Below, in pieces: positions 58,822-64,000 of a stretch of DNA of 64,000 nucleotides (the stretch's first letter is position 1; each line of letters begins with the position of its first letter). Source of the DNA: Thermoplasmatota archaeon (GTDB lineage: Archaea > Thermoplasmatota > Penumbrarchaeia > Penumbrarchaeales > Penumbrarchaeaceae); assembly GCA_029762535.1 (NCBI GenBank), contig JARVGK010000008.1, forward strand, positions 1 through 64,000, given 5' to 3'. Below the pieces are notes generated by a model. The model was not told where the DNA came from and ran no database searches. It saw only the letters and a program-made list of their open reading frames with translations. The position numbers and the translations under genes were made by a program.

Positions 58822-61800
58822 ATGAGGGGGAGCTCGATCGCTTTCATCACGCTGTTCATGCTAATGCTCTCCGCCGCGGTCCAGATCGGCATGGCAGAAG
58901 ACGATGCGCATGCTGGACCGACATCTACCCCATCTTGTGATCTCGATCATGTGAAGGCTGCCCCAACGAGGGATGTCCATGAGGCGATAATCGGATCGAG
59001 ACTTATAGGAGGGTCCGGGAAGGAGTTCATCTCCTCTTGCTGCGATGACGGTGGCGATCTGATCGTCGCCGGGTGGACGACCTCCGACGATCTCGATGCG
59101 GAGGGAGCTCCCCTCCACGGAAGCTACGCGGGGGATAAGGACATCTTCATCGCAAGGATGGGAATGAACCTCAGCATCTCATCCCTGGCCCTCATCGGCG
59201 GAAGCATGGCCGAGGAGCCTACGGGCATCGGCGTTCTCCCTGACGGCAGCGTTTACGTCGCGGGATGGACGGCATCCTCCGACCTGCCTGCCGGGGAACG
59301 ATCCCTCTTCAACGCTTCGGCCGGAGGCGAGGACGGTCTCCTGATGGTCCTGAGCTCCGACCTGTCCCGGATCGTCTTCTCCACATATTTCGGGGGATCG
59401 CAGAACGACAGGATCAACGCCGCAGATGCCGGTCCCGATGGAACGATATACATCACCGGCATCACGTTCTCGGGGGATCTGCCCACGACGGAGGGATCCT
59501 ACAGGAACGCATCCGAAGCTACCGTTCCATACGGACCTGACGCTTTCGTGGCCAGGATCGACACGGATGGTCGCGACATCGTCTATTCCACCTTCCTCGG
59601 GGGGATAAGAGCCGACTCGGGGACGGCCATCGCCATCGATGGGTCAGGAGCCGCATACGTTTCAGGTGAGACATCCTCCAAGGATTTTCCGATAACCCCT
59701 GGGGTTTATTCCAATGAAAACATCTATTACAATTACCCGGACATTTTCATCGCCCATCTATCGAGCAACGGTGGGACGCTGATATCCTCGACGGTAATCG
59801 GGGGCCTATACACGGACCAGGCCTTGAGCGTTCGGATCGGGAGCGACGGCCTCTTCGTGACCGGAAGGTCGATGTCATACGACTTTCCCTTAACGAATGA
59901 TGCTTTCGACAGCAGCAACCCCGTGGGCAACAGAAGGTCCTACGACGGATTGCTCTTGAAGATGCCCCTCGATCTGACGGAGCTCGATTTCTCATCATAC
60001 CTGGGATCTACGGAAAATGACTGGATATCTGGCCTTGACCTTGACGAAGTGGGCAACATCTACATCACGGGTCTTGTCTCGAACGCGAGGCAATTCGTCA
60101 CTTCCCATGCATCCAGCCCTTTATACAACGGCGGCGATGATGCCTTCCTCGCGATCACCGACCTGTCGAACAACCTACAGTACTTCACTTTCATCGGTGG
60201 AGGCGGCAGCGATCAGGGGACCCGGGTGCTGCATACCAGTCCCGGGAGATGTACGATCGTTGGACAGACATGCTCAGTGAATTTTCCCATAAGGCACGAT
60301 ACGGGTCAAGATCTCCGCGGTATCTCGGACGCATTCATCATGGTCCATGCCACTCCGACGCCCCCTTCAGCCCCAAAGATCGTAACATCCAGGGCAGGGG
60401 ACTCCCGTATTGAGATCGAGTGGGCGGCTCCAAAGGACGACGGCCTCTGCTCCATATCGGGCTACAACCTTCAGCGCATCTGCGTCGATGGGAATATCAC
60501 GATATCGCTTCCCATCCAATTCTCCTACATCGATACGGAGGTGAAGAACGGTATCGAACACGAGTACAGGGTCTCGGCGGTGAACCGCCTGGGCGAGGGC
60601 GAGCGTTCCGAACCGGTCATCGTTCGCCCGGGGACGATCCCATCTGAGCCCACGAACTTCAGCATTATGACCGGCAAAGGTTTCGCTTCGTTGGAGTGGG
60701 ATCCGCCGAGCCACGACGGCTGGGTCGGGATCGAGGGATACATCATCCAGAAGAAGGACAGCGGCAGCGATCCGATCGAGGTCCTGACCTCGAATGGGAG
60801 TTATGAGGATAGCGATGTGAAGGCTGGATCCTATTACAGCTACAACGTCAGGGCCTACAACGCGATGGGGATCGGGCCAAAATCCCCCACGATAGCGGTG
60901 AGGATACCGACGCTTCCTGACAGGGTCAGGGACCTCAAGGCGATCCCCCAGCCCGGCGCGGTCCTTCTGAGCTGGGTCCCGCCTACCGATGACGGCGGAG
61001 CCCCGATAGAAGAATACGTCATCCACCGAAGGACGGCAGGCTCGGGGAATGAGACCTCGATCCGATGGCCTGGACTCGAGTTCCTGGACGAGGGCCTAAC
61101 CCCCGGGGTGGAGATGGAGTACAGGGTTGCCGCGTCGAACCTGTTCGGAGAGGGCGAGCCTACATATTGGACCAGGGTCGAGCCTTACGGCCCTCCCGGA
61201 CCACCTACCCTCCTCAAGGCCGATGCGGGCGACGGTGTCATCGTCATCGAATGGGATCCTCCGTCCTGCGACGGGGGAAGATCGCTTTCGGGGTTCCGGA
61301 TATACAAAAGTGTGGATGGATCGGATTTCGAACTCGCCGCTGACCTCTCTTTATGTTCGATATTCTTCGATCGGGACGTCGTTAACGGTGTCCTGTACTC
61401 TTACAGGATCACCGCAAGGAGCAGGGCGGGTGAAAGCGAGCCCTCATCGGTCATGAACGCCAGGCCGGTCGGCCCGCCCTCCACTCCTTTGGGACTCACC
61501 GCCTCTAAGTTCGACGGATACGTCGAGCTGCGGTGGTCGGCGCCGATGCGCGATGGAGGATCCGAGCTTCTGGGATACCGTCTATTGCGATCGGCCCACG
61601 GAAACCCGTTGCGGCATTACAGGGATCTGCCCCCCTCCACCCGCTTCTCCGACAGCGATGTGATGAACGGGATAGAGTACTCGTACGCCTTGACCGCCTT
61701 CAACGAGGTCTACGAAGGGGATATGTCCGGGAAGGTCAGGGCCATGCCGATAGGTCTGCCCGAGGCACCCTTCGATGTCCGCATAGACGAGCTGGACCAG

Positions 61801-62535
61801 ACCCTGGTCCTGAGATGGTCCGTGCCAAAAGATGACGGCGGGTCCGCGATAACGACCTTCATCATCTTGAGAGGGGGAGGACCGGATGATCTGTCGTTCC
61901 TGGCAAGGATCCCCGCTGTGACGTATTACAGCGATCACAATCTCGACAACGGTAAAAGGTACTTCTACAGGATCTCATCCGAGACAAGATACGTCTCGGG
62001 AGAACCCTCCGATATCGTGAGCGGATCCCCATGCGGGCTGCCCTTCCCCCCCTCAGGTCTGCGGGGGAAGGTGGAACGCGGAAGGGTCGAGTTGAGCTGG
62101 GACCTGCCTTACAGCGACGGCGGAAGGTCCATTGTGGGCTACAACATCTACAGGATAGACCAAGAGGGGGTTGAGACCGTTCTTGCCAGGAACTCGAGCA
62201 TGAGATCGTTCGCAGATCATCCGTCCCAGGGTAGGTATCGTTACGCGGTTAGCGCAACCACGGAAGCGGGAGAAGGAGCCAGGACCGTATCCAGGCCCGT
62301 CACGCTCGATATTCGGAGGCAGATGATCGCGGGAACCGCCATCATTTCACTGGTACTGATCGCGATATGCGTTTTCGTCGGCATAAGGATATATTCCTTC
62401 CGTAGAGCGAGGGCGAGCGCCGATCGGGCCTGGAAGACGTTCGAGATGGACACGCTCAAGCTAGGACGCGCCCGATCGCTCCCGCCGCCGAATCGAGGAC
62501 GTCGGCTCCTACCACCAGGGGAGGGGCGAACCTGA
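58822..62535 (+). CDS. Surface protein: SBBP beta-propeller + ~7 FN3 repeats + C-terminal TM
   Basis: YSTFLGG...D....IAID..G..YV.G.T.S.DFP; W..P..DGG..I..Y repeats. Confidence 0.88.
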   Translation: MRGSSIAFITLFMLMLSAAVQIGMAEDDAHAGPTSTPSCDLDHVKAAPTRDVHEAIIGSRLIGGSGKEFISSCCDDGGDLIVAGWTTSDDLDAEGAPLHGSYAGDKDIFIARMGMNLSISSLALIGGSMAEEPTGIGVLPDGSVYVAGWTASSDLPAGERSLFNASAGGEDGLLMVLSSDLSRIVFSTYFGGSQNDRINAADAGPDGTIYITGITFSGDLPTTEGSYRNASEATVPYGPDAFVARIDTDGRDIVYSTFLGGIRADSGTAIAIDGSGAAYVSGETSSKDFPITPGVYSNENIYYNYPDIFIAHLSSNGGTLISSTVIGGLYTDQALSVRIGSDGLFVTGRSMSYDFPLTNDAFDSSNPVGNRRSYDGLLLKMPLDLTELDFSSYLGSTENDWISGLDLDEVGNIYITGLVSNARQFVTSHASSPLYNGGDDAFLAITDLSNNLQYFTFIGGGGSDQGTRVLHTSPGRCTIVGQTCSVNFPIRHDTGQDLRGISDAFIMVHATPTPPSAPKIVTSRAGDSRIEIEWAAPKDDGLCSISGYNLQRICVDGNITISLPIQFSYIDTEVKNGIEHEYRVSAVNRLGEGERSEPVIVRPGTIPSEPTNFSIMTGKGFASLEWDPPSHDGWVGIEGYIIQKKDSGSDPIEVLTSNGSYEDSDVKAGSYYSYNVRAYNAMGIGPKSPTIAVRIPTLPDRVRDLKAIPQPGAVLLSWVPPTDDGGAPIEEYVIHRRTAGSGNETSIRWPGLEFLDEGLTPGVEMEYRVAASNLFGEGEPTYWTRVEPYGPPGPPTLLKADAGDGVIVIEWDPPSCDGGRSLSGFRIYKSVDGSDFELAADLSLCSIFFDRDVVNGVLYSYRITARSRAGESEPSSVMNARPVGPPSTPLGLTASKFDGYVELRWSAPMRDGGSELLGYRLLRSAHGNPLRHYRDLPPSTRFSDSDVMNGIEYSYALTAFNEVYEGDMSGKVRAMPIGLPEAPFDVRIDELDQTLVLRWSVPKDDGGSAITTFIILRGGGPDDLSFLARIPAVTYYSDHNLDNGKRYFYRISSETRYVSGEPSDIVSGSPCGLPFPPSGLRGKVERGRVELSWDLPYSDGGRSIVGYNIYRIDQEGVETVLARNSSMRSFADHPSQGRYRYAVSATTEAGEGARTVSRPVTLDIRRQMIAGTAIISLVLIAICVFVGIRIYSFRRARASADRAWKTFEMDTLKLGRARSLPPPNRGRRLLPPGEGRT

Positions 62536-63655
62536 TGGTCTGAGCGTGAGTGTCCTTCGCAAGGATCCCCTCCTCTATCAACTTGTAACAGTAAGGCCTT
62601 GCGGGGCCGGCCTCCTCCTTCAGCTCGAGGGCCACCAGAAGGCCCTTGCCCCTGACCTCCTTGACCTTCGGTGAGCCTATCGCCCTCAGCGCATCCATGA
62701 AGCGTTCCCCCAGTCGTTCCGCCCTCTCGTCGAGGCGCTCATCCTCCAGCACCTGTATGGAGGCGAGGCCTACAGCGGATGCCATTGGATTGCCCCCGAA
62801 AGTGGACCCGTGGGATCCAGGGGTGAAAACGTCCATGATCTCCCGGTCGGCAAGGACGCCGGAGACGGGATAGAGGCCGCCGCCAAGGGCCTTGCCCACC
62901 ACAAGGACATCCGGTCGGGCGTCCTCATGCATCCATGCAAAGCGCTTTCCCGTCCTGCAGAATCCCGTCTGGACCTCATCGAACATGAGGAGGACGTTCT
63001 TCTCAGAGCAGACGCGCCTAACACAGGAGAGATATCCGGGATCAGGGACCTTGACCCCTGCCTCGCCCTGTATTGGCTCGACGAGGAAGGCGGCGGTGTT
63101 ATCCGTGATCGCTTCGTCGAGGGCCCTGGCATCGTTGAAGGGTACGATCTTGAAGCCGGGGGTGAAGGGGCCGAAATCCGAATATGCGTCGGGATCAGTG
63201 GACATACCCACGATCGTCGTCGTCCTGCCGTGGAAGTTCTCGCAGCATACGATGATCTCCGCCTTATCCTTGGGGACTCCCTTCTTGCGGTATGCCCATC
63301 TTCGGGCGAGCTTTATGGAGGTCTCCACGGCCTCCGCTCCTGTGTTCATGGGGAGCGCGGATCCGAATCCAGTGTATTCGCACAGCTTGTTGAGGAACTC
63401 TCCCATCCTGTCGTTGTGGAAGGCCCTGCTGGTGAGGTCCAGGACATCCAGCTGGTCCTTGAGCGCCTGGACGATCCTGGGATGCCTGTGGCCCTGGTTC
63501 ACGGCGGAGTACGCGCTGAGGCAGTCTAAATAGCGCTTCCCCTCCACGTCCCATACCCATGGGCCTTCGGCCCTGGAGAGAACTACCGGCAGCGGATGGT
63601 AGTTGTGGGCCCCGTATCTCTCGTCCAGCTCTATGATCTCCTTCGTCCTTGACAT
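62456..63655 (-). CDS. rocD: Ornithine aminotransferase
   Basis: AHNYHPLP, LSAYSAVNQGH, MNTGAEAVET, EPIQGEAG, DEVQTG, HGSTFGGNP. Confidence 0.93.
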   Translation of the reverse strand: MSRTKEIIELDERYGAHNYHPLPVVLSRAEGPWVWDVEGKRYLDCLSAYSAVNQGHRHPRIVQALKDQLDVLDLTSRAFHNDRMGEFLNKLCEYTGFGSALPMNTGAEAVETSIKLARRWAYRKKGVPKDKAEIIVCCENFHGRTTTIVGMSTDPDAYSDFGPFTPGFKIVPFNDARALDEAITDNTAAFLVEPIQGEAGVKVPDPGYLSCVRRVCSEKNVLLMFDEVQTGFCRTGKRFAWMHEDARPDVLVVGKALGGGLYPVSGVLADREIMDVFTPGSHGSTFGGNPMASAVGLASIQVLEDERLDERAERLGERFMDALRAIGSPKVKEVRGKGLLVALELKEEAGPARPYCYKLIEEGILAKDTHAQTIRFAPPLVVGADVLDSAAGAIGRVLA

Positions 63656-63867
63656 ACATCTTCCTCCTTTTCCGTTTCTCCGAGTATATCGCCTGGGGCC
63701 GTTATGAGCTGGTCCTAATTATTCTTTGTTGCGGGCAGGATCCCCTGTTTATTTGGATCCACCTGGCGATCATTTCCCTCCCTCTTTGGGTCCCCACCAT
63801 AGCGGAAAATGAACGAATGGTCTTGGCGATCCGAGTTATGATCGAAAGACCCCAGGGGGGATGAGGA

Positions 63868-64000
63868 TCATCTCATCCTGGCCTTCTTGAGCTCCGTGAT
63901 CCTGTCGCGGATCACCGCTGCCTCCTCGAAGCGCAATGAGGATGCCGCCAGATGCATCTCGTTCTCGAGATAGGCGATCAGCTCCTCGATATCCCCTTCC
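63868..64000 (-). CDS. uvrB: 3' end of probable excinuclease ABC subunit B (UVR domain)
   Basis: Manual translation EELIAYLENEMHLAASSLRFEEAAVIRDRITELKK*; uvrA and uvrC nearby. Confidence 0.8.
   Translation of the reverse strand, partial: EGDIEELIAYLENEMHLAASSLRFEEAAVIRDRITELKKARMR

Noticed and set aside
1-64000. CRISPR array, tRNA, rRNA or IS element
   Set aside because: No spaced repeat array, tRNA cloverleaf, rRNA signature or transposase recognised by eye

Overview
Archaeal chromosomal segment, probably an uncultured Thermoplasmatota-like lineage (inferred from pfdA-ftsY, archaeal-type AlaRS and RNase P RNA, and TATA/BRE promoters). It is GC-rich overall and strongly enriched in GATC. 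The left ~14.5 kb is a mosaic, variable region. The same three landmarks (3' end of a wHTH gene, a RibD-C/DHFR-family gene, 3' end of yyaL) occur twice in the same order and orientation around different cargo. One cargo is an AT-rich, operator-controlled operon of three paralogous membrane proteins; the other is AbrB-ABC plus a LamG/cadherin surface protein. The middle holds a HEAT-repeat/GT2 pair, small hydrolases, a PadR + HAAS-domain protein fused to an AglB-like WWDxG domain, a RelE toxin-antitoxin pair, the glycine cleavage genes, and a complete cyanophycin operon (cphB-cphA1-M20 peptidase), which is unexpected in an archaeon. The right part is mostly housekeeping: alaS, rnpB, pfdA, ftsY, uvrC/uvrA/uvrB(part), rocD and two very large surface proteins. 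No CRISPR array, rRNA, tRNA or transposase was recognised. All calls come from motif recognition by eye; no database searches were run.
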